In this document: piece after piece, positions 48,837 through 58,091 of the stretch
Layout: the number at the start of each line of letters is the position of its first letter
How positions within the stretch are numbered: position 1 is the stretch's first letter
Source of the DNA: an uncultured Gemmatimonadales bacterium
GTDB lineage: Bacteria > Gemmatimonadota > Gemmatimonadetes > Longimicrobiales > RSA9
Length of the DNA: 64,000 bases
Direction of reading: 5' to 3'
Assembly: GCA_963741945.1 (NCBI GenBank)
Contig: CAVUKA010000004.1
Location: 192,001 to 256,000, forward strand
Notes under the pieces: model-generated
Seen by the model: the letters and a program-made list of their open reading frames with translations, nothing else
What the model was told of the DNA's origin: nothing
Databases searched by the model: none
Position numbers and translations under genes: made by a program

Positions 48837-50035
48837 GACAGGAACCGGCCGGCCGCGGCCCGGAGCACCGCATGGGCGCGCCGGATCTCGTCCACCGGGG
48901 CCGATTCGTCCGCCGAATGTGCCTCCCCGATGCTGCCGGGCCCGAAGCAGAGGGCGGGGGTTCCCGAATGGTTGAAGAGGTCCGCTTCCACCCACGCGCT
49001 CATCCCCGCAATGCGGGGCTCGAGGCCCTGGTCCGAGGCGGCGTCCCCGATGATCCGGACCAGCTCGTGCCCGCTCTCGATCTCGCTCGCCGCCTGATGA
49101 AGCGCCACCGAGACCTTTGCCTCGAGCGTGGGGACTTCCGTGCGGAGCTCCCCCAGGAGGAACTCCACTTCCGCAGTCACCGCTTCGGCTGTCTCGCCGG
49201 GGAGCATCCGGCGCTCCAGCGTGAGACAGCACGCGTCCGGATACACGGACGGCGCACTGCCGCCCCGGATGGTCCCCGCGTGGATCGACCCGTGGCCGAG
49301 CAGGGGATGCGGAGCGCGCCGGGCGAGCGTGGACTCGATCTCGTCCAGACGCGCCAGGAATCGACCGGCGTGGCGGATCGCGTCCACCCCCCGGTCCGGC
49401 TGCGAACCGTGAGCCGCCTGCCCCCGGAAATCCACCTGGATCCAGGCGAACCCCTTGTGCGCCGGCATGACAGCCAGCTCCGTGGGCTCGCAGACGATGG
49501 CGCCATCCGCTTGCAGGCCCTCTTCCACCAGGCGACGACACCCGGCGGCCGCCTCCTCCTCGTCGGCCGTGAACGCTACCGTCAGCCTGCCGCGGAATCC
49601 CTCCCCGGGCGCGTCCGGCCCCGTGGCCAGGTCACGGGCGGCCGCCAGTGCTGCGGCCAGTCCACCCTTCATGTCCGCGGCTCCCCGGCCCCACAATCGC
49701 CCTTCGAGGATCTCGCCCGCGAACGGGGCCACACCCATCCCCTCGACACCCACCGTATCGAGGTGACCGCTCAGGATGAGGGAACGACCGGGACCCCGGT
49801 CCAGAGTGCCCACCACGCTGTGGCGCCCCGCCGGGGCTTCCACGAGGCGTACATCGAACCCCCACGCAGTCAGCCACCCAGCCACGAGCCGCGCGATCCC
49901 CGTCTCTCCCGCACCGTTCGGCTCCAACCCCGGATTCACCGACGGCTCGCGCACCAGAACCCTCGCCAGCTCGACCACGTCCTGTGGCGCGGGCGCAACT
50001 TGGTGCCGAGGGAGTACATCTTTTCGCTCGTTCAT
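48833..50035 (-). CDS. ArgE/DapE family M20 deacylase
   Basis: GHLDTV, GRGAADMKGG, DEE, EPT, AAHGS, FGPG...AH. Confidence 0.9.
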   Translation of the reverse strand: MNERKDVLPRHQVAPAPQDVVELARVLVREPSVNPGLEPNGAGETGIARLVAGWLTAWGFDVRLVEAPAGRHSVVGTLDRGPGRSLILSGHLDTVGVEGMGVAPFAGEILEGRLWGRGAADMKGGLAAALAAARDLATGPDAPGEGFRGRLTVAFTADEEEAAAGCRRLVEEGLQADGAIVCEPTELAVMPAHKGFAWIQVDFRGQAAHGSQPDRGVDAIRHAGRFLARLDEIESTLARRAPHPLLGHGSIHAGTIRGGSAPSVYPDACCLTLERRMLPGETAEAVTAEVEFLLGELRTEVPTLEAKVSVALHQAASEIESGHELVRIIGDAASDQGLEPRIAGMSAWVEADLFNHSGTPALCFGPGSIGEAHSADESAPVDEIRRAHAVLRAAAGRFLS

Positions 50036-50140
50036 GCGCTCGTTCCGGGGCCGCATGGCGACGGAAAAACAGCGGCATTATTCTTGACCAGGAGACTCTC
50101 CGAGCCCCGCGAACCGGGAGGGATTATCCGTACCATCAAT

Positions 50141-50287
50141 GTGAGTCTGCTGGCCATGGCCGCGCTGGCGACGGGGTACCTGCTGAACCGGATCCGACGT
50201 CCCCCGCTCGAGCCGATCGAACCCCAGGTCCCGAAGGAGACCGGGGGGCAGCTGTCGCTGGAAAAGCTGCGCGCGGCCGGCTTCTAG
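50141..50287 (+). CDS. putative small single-TM protein
   Basis: (IRTIN)VSLLAMAALATGYLLNRIRRPP...SLEKLRAAGF*; GGGAGG at 50116-50121; start uncertain (ATT 50123, ATC 50126, GTG 50141 or ATG 50156). Confidence 0.5.
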   Translation: MSLLAMAALATGYLLNRIRRPPLEPIEPQVPKETGGQLSLEKLRAAGF

Positions 50288-50314
50288 ACGCCGAGTCCCC
50301 GATGGCGGATCGTC

Positions 50315-50779
50315 CTACGACGAATGGTCGTGGACGATCACCCACCTGTCCCCCGCCTTCCGGAAGGTGAGGGAGAAGTTTCCGGTTGCCCTGTTTTCCC
50401 CCGAATCCCGGTCGTAGAGCACGAATCGTCCGAACGCGATCGCGGTGTAGGGCGCGACCTGGCGCACGTCCAGGCCCTCGTAGCGGAGCGCGTCGTGCGG
50501 CCCGCCATCCCGCCAGTAGGCGTTCTGATAGACGGCACGGATCTCCTGCCGGCCATGGACGAGGCCCCGCGATGTGACGAACGTGGCATCCTCTGCGTAG
50601 TCGCCCACGAACGCATCCAGGTCGCCGCGATTCCAGGCGGCGGCGGACCCATCCATGATTTCCGTGATCCGGGCGGTCACGCCGGCGCCGCTCTCCGGCC
50701 GACCCGCCTGCGGGGGGCGGGCACACGCCCCGAGGAGGAGCGCGACCGCGAGTACTACCGCCGTGGGCGGCTCAGTCAA
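50315..50779 (-). CDS. NTF2-like (DUF4440/SnoaL-type) lipoprotein
   Basis: Lipobox [16 protein letters not shown]-terminal W.IVHDHSS. Confidence 0.85.
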   Translation of the reverse strand: MTEPPTAVVLAVALLLGACARPPQAGRPESGAGVTARITEIMDGSAAAWNRGDLDAFVGDYAEDATFVTSRGLVHGRQEIRAVYQNAYWRDGGPHDALRYEGLDVRQVAPYTAIAFGRFVLYDRDSGENRATGNFSLTFRKAGDRWVIVHDHSS

Positions 50780-51005
50780 AGAACGCGCGGTTCTTCTCAA
50801 TGTAGTTGGTCCACTCCGGGGGGACGTCCGTGTCGGGGAAGATCGCTGTGACCGGGCACTCGGGCTCGCACGCACCACAGTCGATGCACTCGTCCGGGTG
50901 GATGTAGTACTGGTCTTCTCCTTCATAGATGCAGTCCACCGGGCAGACTTCGACGCAGCTCGCGTCCTTCGTTCCAATGCACGGCTCGGCGATCACATAT
51001 GGCAT
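50772..51005 (-). CDS. fdxA: ferredoxin (7Fe type)
   Basis: [13 protein letters not shown] and [19 protein letters not shown]. Confidence 0.93.
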   Translation of the reverse strand: MPYVIAEPCIGTKDASCVEVCPVDCIYEGEDQYYIHPDECIDCGACEPECPVTAIFPDTDVPPEWTNYIEKNRAFFD

Positions 51006-51084
51006 TCTGCTTCCTCAACTCCTTCGATAGCGGGAGCCAAAATAGTGCACGGAGTCAAAGCCCGTTGCAAGGGCCGTCACGAGA

Positions 51085-51636
51085 TCAGTCGCGCGGCTGC
51101 CAGGGCGTTTCCGGCGCGCCGGCGCGATGGTTCGCGACACGGGCGAACTCGAAGAGCAGGTCGGACAACCGGTTCAGGTAGACCAGCAGTTCCGGCGCCA
51201 CCTCCTCCTTCTCCGCCAGGCGCACGATGGCCCGCTCGGCCCGCCGGCACACGGTCCTGGCCACATGAAGCGCTGCGCCCGCGGCGGCGCCGCCCGGGAG
51301 GATGAAGGAGCGAAGCGGGGCGAGCTCTTCCTCGGCCTCGTCCATCCAGCGCTCGAACTCCGCTGGACGCCCATCCGGCAGTGGCGGGACGTGTGCCGCG
51401 GCTTTCGCTCCCGGCGGTGTGGCAAGGCTCGCGCCAATGGCGAAGAGGTCGGCCTGCACCGTGGTCAGGCGACTCCGGAGCTCGGCGTCGCTCGCCTGCG
51501 TCAGCGCCCACCCGAGCGCCGCGTTCAGCTCGTCCACCTCCCCGTACGCCGTCACGCGCGCGCTGGACTTTCGCACGCGCCCGCCGCCGAAGAGTCCGGT
51601 GTCCCCACTGTCGCCGGTCCTCGTATAGATCTTCAT
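51085..51636 (-). CDS. pduO: cob(I)alamin adenosyltransferase, PduO type
   Basis: KIYTRTGDSG.T, YGEVDELN, RTVCRRAER, YLNRLSD. Confidence 0.93.
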   Translation of the reverse strand: MKIYTRTGDSGDTGLFGGGRVRKSSARVTAYGEVDELNAALGWALTQASDAELRSRLTTVQADLFAIGASLATPPGAKAAAHVPPLPDGRPAEFERWMDEAEEELAPLRSFILPGGAAAGAALHVARTVCRRAERAIVRLAEKEEVAPELLVYLNRLSDLLFEFARVANHRAGAPETPWQPRD

Positions 51637-52574
51637 GCGGTCCGTTCCTGATCAACAGTGGCTCGCTCCAGGAGCTCGAGGGCACCCGCCCCGGCATCGA
51701 GGCGGGCGCGCACACCGATCGGCAGGGTCCAGTTCTCCCGACCATGGCCGAACGGGAGCCCGATCACGGCTGGCACGCCGAGGGGCTGCAGGATCTCGTC
51801 CAGCAGGTCGACGAGCCCCGCGGCTCGGTCGGCGCCCGGGCGAGCTCCTGCGATGTCCCTGAACTCGCCCAGCGCCACGCCCGCCACGCCATCGAGGACG
51901 CCCGCGAGCTCGAGCTGTTTCAGCATGCGATCGATCCGGTACAGCGGCTCGCCGACGTCCTCGATGAAGAGAATGGCACCGCGGGCGTCCGCCTGGTAGC
52001 GCGTGCCGCAGCTGGCGGCGAGGAGGGCCAGGTTGCCCCCGACGAGAGGGCCTTCGGCCACCCCCGCGGCCAGGCACCGCGGGCGCGGCCATCCCGGCGG
52101 CAACGGCAGCGGCCCGGCGGGATGGCCGCTCATCAGCACCCGCCGGAACGCCATCTCCGTGGCGGGGGGGAAATGGCGGTACCCGGCGTGAGGGCCGTGG
52201 AAGGACACGACGCCCAGTCGAAACAGCGCCAGGTGCACGATCGTGTTGTCACTGAAGCCGATCACTGCCTTCGGGCGGTCTTTCAGCCCCGCCAGATCCA
52301 GGTGCTGGAGCGTCCGCATGCCGCCGTAGCCGCCGCGCAGCATCCAGATCGCCGCGACCTCACCGTCGATGGCGCGCTGGAAATCGCCAGCCCGCTCCCG
52401 GTCCGGGCCCGCCAGGTAGCCGAGGCGGAGCCGCGCCGCCCCGCCGAGCACGGGCTCGAGACCGAGGCCGCCACAACGCCGCAATGCAGTGCGGATCGCC
52501 GCGTCGCTCACGGGACCGGCCGGGGCGATCAACGCCACGCGGTCCCCGGGTCTCAACGTGGGGGGGAGGGTCAC
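51633..52574 (-). CDS. ldcA: LD-carboxypeptidase (peptidase S66)
   Basis: RGGYG, GFSD, GGNL, EDVGE, FGH. Confidence 0.9.
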   Translation of the reverse strand: MTLPPTLRPGDRVALIAPAGPVSDAAIRTALRRCGGLGLEPVLGGAARLRLGYLAGPDRERAGDFQRAIDGEVAAIWMLRGGYGGMRTLQHLDLAGLKDRPKAVIGFSDNTIVHLALFRLGVVSFHGPHAGYRHFPPATEMAFRRVLMSGHPAGPLPLPPGWPRPRCLAAGVAEGPLVGGNLALLAASCGTRYQADARGAILFIEDVGEPLYRIDRMLKQLELAGVLDGVAGVALGEFRDIAGARPGADRAAGLVDLLDEILQPLGVPAVIGLPFGHGRENWTLPIGVRARLDAGAGALELLERATVDQERTA

Positions 52575-52617
52575 GGGGGCGAAGGTGCCATGCCCGCCGG
52601 CGCCGCGCCAGCCCGCT

Positions 52618-54792
52618 TCAGAACAGGGCGTCCAGGTAGATGTCCGCGCGCCAGTGCTGGATCGGCTGGAGCGCCCGGGCGACGTCGATGCGCAGCAGCC
52701 CGTCCAGGGCGCTCGCGCCCACGCCCGCCGAAACGGCGATGTCCGCCCGGTCGAATGTCTCCCTGTGGCCGGCCCACCCCGCGTCGGAGAAGAGCGCCAG
52801 GCGGACGCCAGGGAAATCGTTGGCCACTTCCAGCCGGGCCCGTGCGAAGTCGCTGCCGGCGAGGGCGCCGGCCGCGAAGCCCCGCAGCGTGGGTGCGCCG
52901 CCCAGGAACCAGCGCGCCTGTGGAGGAGCGGGGTCCGGGCCGTCGCCGAACCCGAGCGTGGTTCCCGCAGCCACTTCCGTGGCAGCCACCAGGTGGCCCG
53001 GGAGGGGAGTGCCGCCGCTCAGCGTGATGCCCGGCCTGATGAAGTCGAACGTGCCGAGCTGCGCCGTGACGTCGAGCCACGCGCCCCAGCGGAACCCGTT
53101 CGGATCGAGCCCCCGAGACGTCCCGACGCTGGCGGCCACGCCCACCTGGTCGGCCACCGTCACTGGCGGCAGGGGCGCGAACTCGCGGGCGTCGTCGAAC
53201 GCGTGCGGCAGGCTGAACTCCGTTCCGCTGCCCGCGCCCGCCTGGTGCTCCGCGAACAGCCGGAGCTCGTAATGCGCCTCGCCCACGGCCGGGGTCAGAC
53301 GCAGCTCCGCGCCCGTGGCGGCGAAATAGAGGCCATCGTCGCGGCCGAGCAGCAGCGCTCCCAGCGAGTTGGCGAGCCCGAGCGGGTGAAGCGCCGGATC
53401 CGAGGTGGCGAGACGCCGGTATCCCGCCAACCGCCAGGTCCTGCGCATGGTGGGCCGCTCGACGCCGAGCTCACCCCGCGGCACGGCGTCGCCCGTGCCG
53501 ATGCGTCCGGTCAGGTCCAGCCGCAGCCGTCCCAGATCCCAGTCGACCCGCGCCCCCGCGGACAGCCCCTCCACCCGGTTGTATCGAAGCAGCCCACCCC
53601 TGACCTGCCACGGCCAGGCGACGGTGGGCCGTCCCACCTCCCAGGGCGCCGCCGGCAGCGCGCCGAGACGCTCACCCAGGTCCCGGACCTCGGCCTGCGT
53701 GATCAACGGCTGCCCCTGCGTGTAGATCGAGGGCGGCAGGTATCCGGAGGTGAGCAGCGAGGCCGTGTCGTCCGGCACCACCACCTCGTAGCCCCACGAC
53801 GGTTTTCTTTCACGCGCCAGGGGATCACCGGCCATCTTCAGCCTCAGAGCCGGAAGCTCCGGGAGCCCGAGCGGGTCCGGCTCGACGTCGTAGTCGGAGT
53901 AGGTCACCTCGAGCTTCAGCGGGAAGTGCGCCGCGCCCAGCTGGAGCGAGCCGTCGAACGCCATGAGGCGCGGCATCCACCAGCGCATCTCCCACAGCCC
54001 GTACTCGATGGTGATGTAGCGGATCTCGAAGCGGATGGGCTTCAGGAACCCGGGGATGTCGGCGGCATCCGCGTCGTCGTCCGGATCTAGCGTGCGGAGA
54101 TCCCGCTCCACGTCGAAGTCGCGGGACGGCCGGAAGACGGCCTGGACGATGGCGTGGTCGTTCATCTCGATCCAGAACGACCCGGTGACCAGCCGGATGT
54201 CGCGTCGGCGTGGCGTAACGCGCAGCTCGACCAGGCGGATGGAGCGCCCGTCCGGGAGCCTGATCACCGTCGTGTCCCCCGTGGCGTAGCGGTACACCGA
54301 CTCGCCATTGCGAACCAGCGGGTGCCATGCGAAGCCGTTGTCGTCCGGGGACAGGAGGAGCCGGTCGTCCCCCGGCTCCGGGACGAAGGACTCGGCCCAG
54401 TCATCCAGCTCGTCCGGGATGCGCACGCCGGGCAGCGCCACCGGAACCACTTCGCGCGCCCCGAGCACTTCGATCCGGGTCACGCCGTCACGGCGCCAGT
54501 CCACCCGCTCCGCGGTCTCGCGCCTGAAGAGGAGGCGGTCGCGCCGTAACGCCCGGATGCCCACCGACACCCGCTGACGGACCAGCGCGCGGTAACGGAA
54601 GACGGACGCGTCGAAGAGACCCCGGTGCTCCCTCGCCAGACGCACGAGCTCCCGGGCCGTGGAATCCTCGTAGGCGGTGGCCATGGCCGCCGAGTCCGGC
54701 GTCGGCAGCAGCGTGTCGCGCGCGGTGCTGCCGCTCCCGGAAACGGCCACGGTCACGGACTGCAGAACGGCGAAGGCTAGAGCGAGTCCCAT
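52618..54792 (-). CDS. outer membrane beta-barrel protein (surface-antigen-like), function unknown
   Basis: Signal-like N-terminus, RYNRVEGL, LGG..TLRGF, amphipathic beta strands, terminal Phe. Confidence 0.7.
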   Translation of the reverse strand: MGLALAFAVLQSVTVAVSGSGSTARDTLLPTPDSAAMATAYEDSTARELVRLAREHRGLFDASVFRYRALVRQRVSVGIRALRRDRLLFRRETAERVDWRRDGVTRIEVLGAREVVPVALPGVRIPDELDDWAESFVPEPGDDRLLLSPDDNGFAWHPLVRNGESVYRYATGDTTVIRLPDGRSIRLVELRVTPRRRDIRLVTGSFWIEMNDHAIVQAVFRPSRDFDVERDLRTLDPDDDADAADIPGFLKPIRFEIRYITIEYGLWEMRWWMPRLMAFDGSLQLGAAHFPLKLEVTYSDYDVEPDPLGLPELPALRLKMAGDPLARERKPSWGYEVVVPDDTASLLTSGYLPPSIYTQGQPLITQAEVRDLGERLGALPAAPWEVGRPTVAWPWQVRGGLLRYNRVEGLSAGARVDWDLGRLRLDLTGRIGTGDAVPRGELGVERPTMRRTWRLAGYRRLATSDPALHPLGLANSLGALLLGRDDGLYFAATGAELRLTPAVGEAHYELRLFAEHQAGAGSGTEFSLPHAFDDAREFAPLPPVTVADQVGVAASVGTSRGLDPNGFRWGAWLDVTAQLGTFDFIRPGITLSGGTPLPGHLVAATEVAAGTTLGFGDGPDPAPPQARWFLGGAPTLRGFAAGALAGSDFARARLEVANDFPGVRLALFSDAGWAGHRETFDRADIAVSAGVGASALDGLLRIDVARALQPIQHWRADIYLDALF

Positions 54793-54919
54793 CCCGATCC
54801 CTGTCTGTGGGCGCGCCGGATGGTTCCCCTACGCGAATCCCGCGAGGCCGGTTTCGCGCTGGTCCGCTCCGGCCCGCCGGCGTATGTTTCCTGCGAACCG
54901 ACCTCTCGCCGACAATGCC

Positions 54920-55327
54920 ATGACGGAAGACTCTGCACGCGACCAGGTGAACGCCCTGTACTGGGAGTCCGCTGCTTCCGTGGCGGACATCGCGGATCGC
55001 CTCGGGATCTCACGCCGCGCGCTCTACGACATGATCGAGCCTCGCCCCGCGGGGGCGCGCTGTCCGGCGTGCGGGGGGGAGCTGCAGTTCCGCAACCGTA
55101 CGGCCGCCGAGCGGCTGCAGCCGGAGTGCGCCGAGTGCGGAGAAGAGACCACGCTGGAACGCGCCGCCGAGGCCGCGCAAAGCGAGTCCGCCACCGATCC
55201 TCGTCCGGGACGACGCTGGGGAATCGCGTCACCGGCCGAGCGGGCTCCGAAGGCGTGGGCGGGCGGCGCCCTCCTGGCCGGGCTCGCGGCGGGCGCCGTA
55301 GCCGGCTTCTTCCTCCGGCGGCACTGA
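54920..55327 (+). CDS. HTH + zinc-ribbon protein with C-terminal TM anchor
   Basis: VADIADRLGISRRALY, CPAC...CAEC, ALLAGLAAGAVAGFFLRRH. Confidence 0.72.
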   Translation: MTEDSARDQVNALYWESAASVADIADRLGISRRALYDMIEPRPAGARCPACGGELQFRNRTAAERLQPECAECGEETTLERAAEAAQSESATDPRPGRRWGIASPAERAPKAWAGGALLAGLAAGAVAGFFLRRH

Positions 55328-55354
55328 AGGCCGGCGTCCGGCGGGGCGCGTGCG

Positions 55355-56692
55355 GTGGTCCAGCCCGTGACGGAATTCGGCCGGGCGCTCCCGGCGCTCA
55401 GGACCGCTGTGCCCGGCCCTCGCTCCCGCGAGCTCGCCCGTCGCCTGCAAAGGGTCGAGAGCCGCAACATCACGCTGGTCGACGACGCGGGCCCCATCTT
55501 CTGGGCGGAAGCGGCGGGCGCCAACGTCCGCGACGTGGACGGCAATGTCTTCGTGGACCTGACGGCGGGGTTCGGCGTGGCCGCGGCCGGACACCGCAGC
55601 CCGGCGGTTGTCCGGGCCGCGTCGGAACAGCTGGGCCGACTGGTTCACGCAATGGGCGATGTCCATCCGGCCGAGGCCAAGCTCCTCCTGCTCGAACGCA
55701 TCGCGAGCATTGCGCCCGGCGACCTCTCCGTCGGGATCCTCGCAAGCGATGGCTCCGATGCCGTGGAGGCCGCGCTCAAGACCGCGGCGCTGGCCACCGG
55801 GCGCCCTGGCGTGGTCGCGTTCGAGGGCGCCTATCATGGCCTCACGTACGGCGCGCTGGCGGTGACGCACGCTTCCAGGTTCCGCGCTCCGTTCGCGCGC
55901 CAGCTCTACGGCGGAGTTCGCTTCGCGCCCTACCCGGGTGTCGACGCGGCTGGCGATCAAGGCGATCCCACCGACCTCAGCCTCCACGCGGTCAGGCGGT
56001 TGATCCGCGAGTCGCTGGACGGGCTCGACCCCGTGGGCGCCGTGCTCGTGGAGCCGGTCCTCGGACGGGGAGGGATCGTGGTGCCGCCGGCCGATTTCCT
56101 GCCGGCGCTCCGCTCGCTGTGCACGGAGGAAGGCGTGCTCCTCATCGCGGACGAGGTCTACACGGGGCTGGGCCGCACCGGCCGCTGGTTCGCGTGTCAG
56201 CACTGGGACGTGGTCCCGGACCTTCTCGTGCTCGGGAAGTCCCTGGCGGGCGGTCTCCCGCTCAGCTGCGTGGTCGGCACCAGGGAGGTCATGGACGCCT
56301 GGCCCCCATCGACCGGGGAGGCGATCCACACGTCGACCTTCCTGGGCCACCCGGTGGCGTGCGCCGCGGCGCTGGCGAACCTCGAGCAGATCGAGGCCGA
56401 GGGGCTGGTCGGCCGGTCGGCACGGCTCGGGGTGAAGCTGCACGGCCAGCTGTCGGCTCTTGCCGCCCGGCTCCCCGGGATCGGCTCGCCCCGGGGTCTC
56501 GGCCTCATGCGCGCCCTGCCCCTCGGCGCGGACGGGGAAGCGCGCGCGGCCCGGGCCATGGCCCGGGCCCTCGCCCGCGGGATCATCGTGCTCCCGGAGG
56601 GACCCTCCCTGGCGTTCACGCCGCCATTGACCATCTCGGAACGGCAGCTCGATCACGCGCTGGGGGTGGTGGAGTCCGTTCTGGATGAGTGA
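55355..56692 (+). CDS. class III PLP aminotransferase (GabT-like)
   Basis: DVDGN..VD, AYHG, EPVLG, ADEVYTGLGRTG, GKSLAGG. Confidence 0.9.
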   Translation: MVQPVTEFGRALPALRTAVPGPRSRELARRLQRVESRNITLVDDAGPIFWAEAAGANVRDVDGNVFVDLTAGFGVAAAGHRSPAVVRAASEQLGRLVHAMGDVHPAEAKLLLLERIASIAPGDLSVGILASDGSDAVEAALKTAALATGRPGVVAFEGAYHGLTYGALAVTHASRFRAPFARQLYGGVRFAPYPGVDAAGDQGDPTDLSLHAVRRLIRESLDGLDPVGAVLVEPVLGRGGIVVPPADFLPALRSLCTEEGVLLIADEVYTGLGRTGRWFACQHWDVVPDLLVLGKSLAGGLPLSCVVGTREVMDAWPPSTGEAIHTSTFLGHPVACAAALANLEQIEAEGLVGRSARLGVKLHGQLSALAARLPGIGSPRGLGLMRALPLGADGEARAARAMARALARGIIVLPEGPSLAFTPPLTISERQLDHALGVVESVLDE

Positions 56693-56695
56693 CCT

Positions 56696-56974
56696 TCAGC
56701 GGGCGGCGTCGATCTGCCGCGCCAGGTCGAAATCGCGGTGGGTCAGGCCACCCTCGCTGTGCGTGGACAGGGCGCAGGATACGCGGTCGTAACGGACGTC
56801 TATGTCCGGGTGGTGATTCGCGCGCTCGGCCAGGTCAGCGATCCGGTTGACGAACGCGATCGCCTCGGCGAAGGAGTCGCACGTGTACGTCTTCCGTATC
56901 GCGCTCCCTTCCCTCGTCCATCCGTGCAGCTCGTCCAGCTTCTGTCCGATTTCGCCGTCATCCAGCAAGGGCAT
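56696..56974 (-). CDS. phhB: pterin-4-alpha-carbinolamine dehydratase
   Basis: AERANHHPD, THSEGGLT..DF; GGAGGAGG RBS. Confidence 0.92.
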   Translation of the reverse strand: MPLLDDGEIGQKLDELHGWTREGSAIRKTYTCDSFAEAIAFVNRIADLAERANHHPDIDVRYDRVSCALSTHSEGGLTHRDFDLARQIDAAR

Positions 56975-57040
56975 GCATCCTCCTCCGACCATGTGGGTAT
57001 GCGAAAGGTTCGGCCCGGCCGGGCTCCGGGGCAAGGGTGC

Positions 57041-57056
57041 CGTATCCACGGATACG
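57041..57056. promoter_or_regulatory. palindrome CGTATCC-ac-GGATACG (candidate operator)
   Basis: Perfect 7-2-7 inverted repeat between divergent phhB and the cerR-spt-like operon. Confidence 0.35.
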
Positions 57057-57099
57057 CCATTGCCTTTTCCCAACTGCTCGCCCACCTTCTAGACCGATC

Positions 57100-58065
57100 G
57101 TGACCGAGATACTGATTACCGGCGCAACCGGTTTCGTCGGCTCGCACGTGATCGAGCTGCTGGGCCGGAGGGGGCTGCGCGCGCGCGCTCTGGTGCGGGA
57201 GACCAGCGACACTTCGCTGATCCGGCGCCATGGCATCGAATGCGTCCTTGGCGACATCACGGAGTCCGCGTCGTTGCGGTCTGCCGTCCGGGGTGCGGAC
57301 GTGGTCCTGCACCTGGCGGCGGCCACTCGCGCACTGACGCCGGAGGAGTTCTTCCGGGTGAACGCGGGCGGGACGCGCAACCTCCTGGGGGCCATCGGGC
57401 ACCAGAGCGGTTGCCGCATGGTGCTCCTCAGCTCGCTTGCCGCAGCCGGCCCCGCGCGCGGGCGAGAGGTGCGACCCGACGATGAGCCGCGGCCGATCAC
57501 GGCGTACGGCCGGAGCAAGGTCGAGGCCGAACGCGAGCTCCTGGCTCATGGAGGCGTCTCCGCCGTTGTCCTGCGGCCACCGGCCGTTTACGGTCCGAGG
57601 GACCGTGACCTGTTGACGTTTTTCAAGCTGGCCGGACGGGGGATCCTGCCGGCGCTGGGTGGGACCGACCGGCGCCTGCAGATGATCCATGCCGCCGATC
57701 TGGCGGAGGCGGTGCTGTTCGCGGCGGAAGGCTCGGCGACCGGAATCTTCCACGTCGCGGAACCGCGTTCATACACGTGGGGTGATGTGTTGCAGTACGT
57801 GGCCGACGCGGTAGGCCGACGGGGAGTGCGCGTGAGGGTGCCGGGGCCCCTGGTGCGGCTGGCGGGGGCGGTGAGCGAGATTTCCGCCCGCGTGACCCGG
57901 CGGCCGGTCATTTTCGATCGGGACAAGGCCAGCGAGTTGCTGGCGGATGAATGGCTGTGCGAAACCGATGCCGCGTTCGAGGCGTTCGGGTTCCGGGCGT
58001 CCGTCCCGCTGAAGGACGGGTTGAAAGCTACGGCGGACTGGTACAAGGCACACGGCTGGCTTTAG
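57100..58065 (+). CDS. NAD-dependent epimerase/dehydratase (candidate ceramide reductase CerR)
   Basis: TGATGFVG, HLAA, YGRSK, RPPAVYGP; upstream of the spt-like gene. Confidence 0.85.
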   Translation: MTEILITGATGFVGSHVIELLGRRGLRARALVRETSDTSLIRRHGIECVLGDITESASLRSAVRGADVVLHLAAATRALTPEEFFRVNAGGTRNLLGAIGHQSGCRMVLLSSLAAAGPARGREVRPDDEPRPITAYGRSKVEAERELLAHGGVSAVVLRPPAVYGPRDRDLLTFFKLAGRGILPALGGTDRRLQMIHAADLAEAVLFAAEGSATGIFHVAEPRSYTWGDVLQYVADAVGRRGVRVRVPGPLVRLAGAVSEISARVTRRPVIFDRDKASELLADEWLCETDAAFEAFGFRASVPLKDGLKATADWYKAHGWL

Positions 58066-58091
58066 GCCGTGGGCGGCACCGAGGCAGTGAT

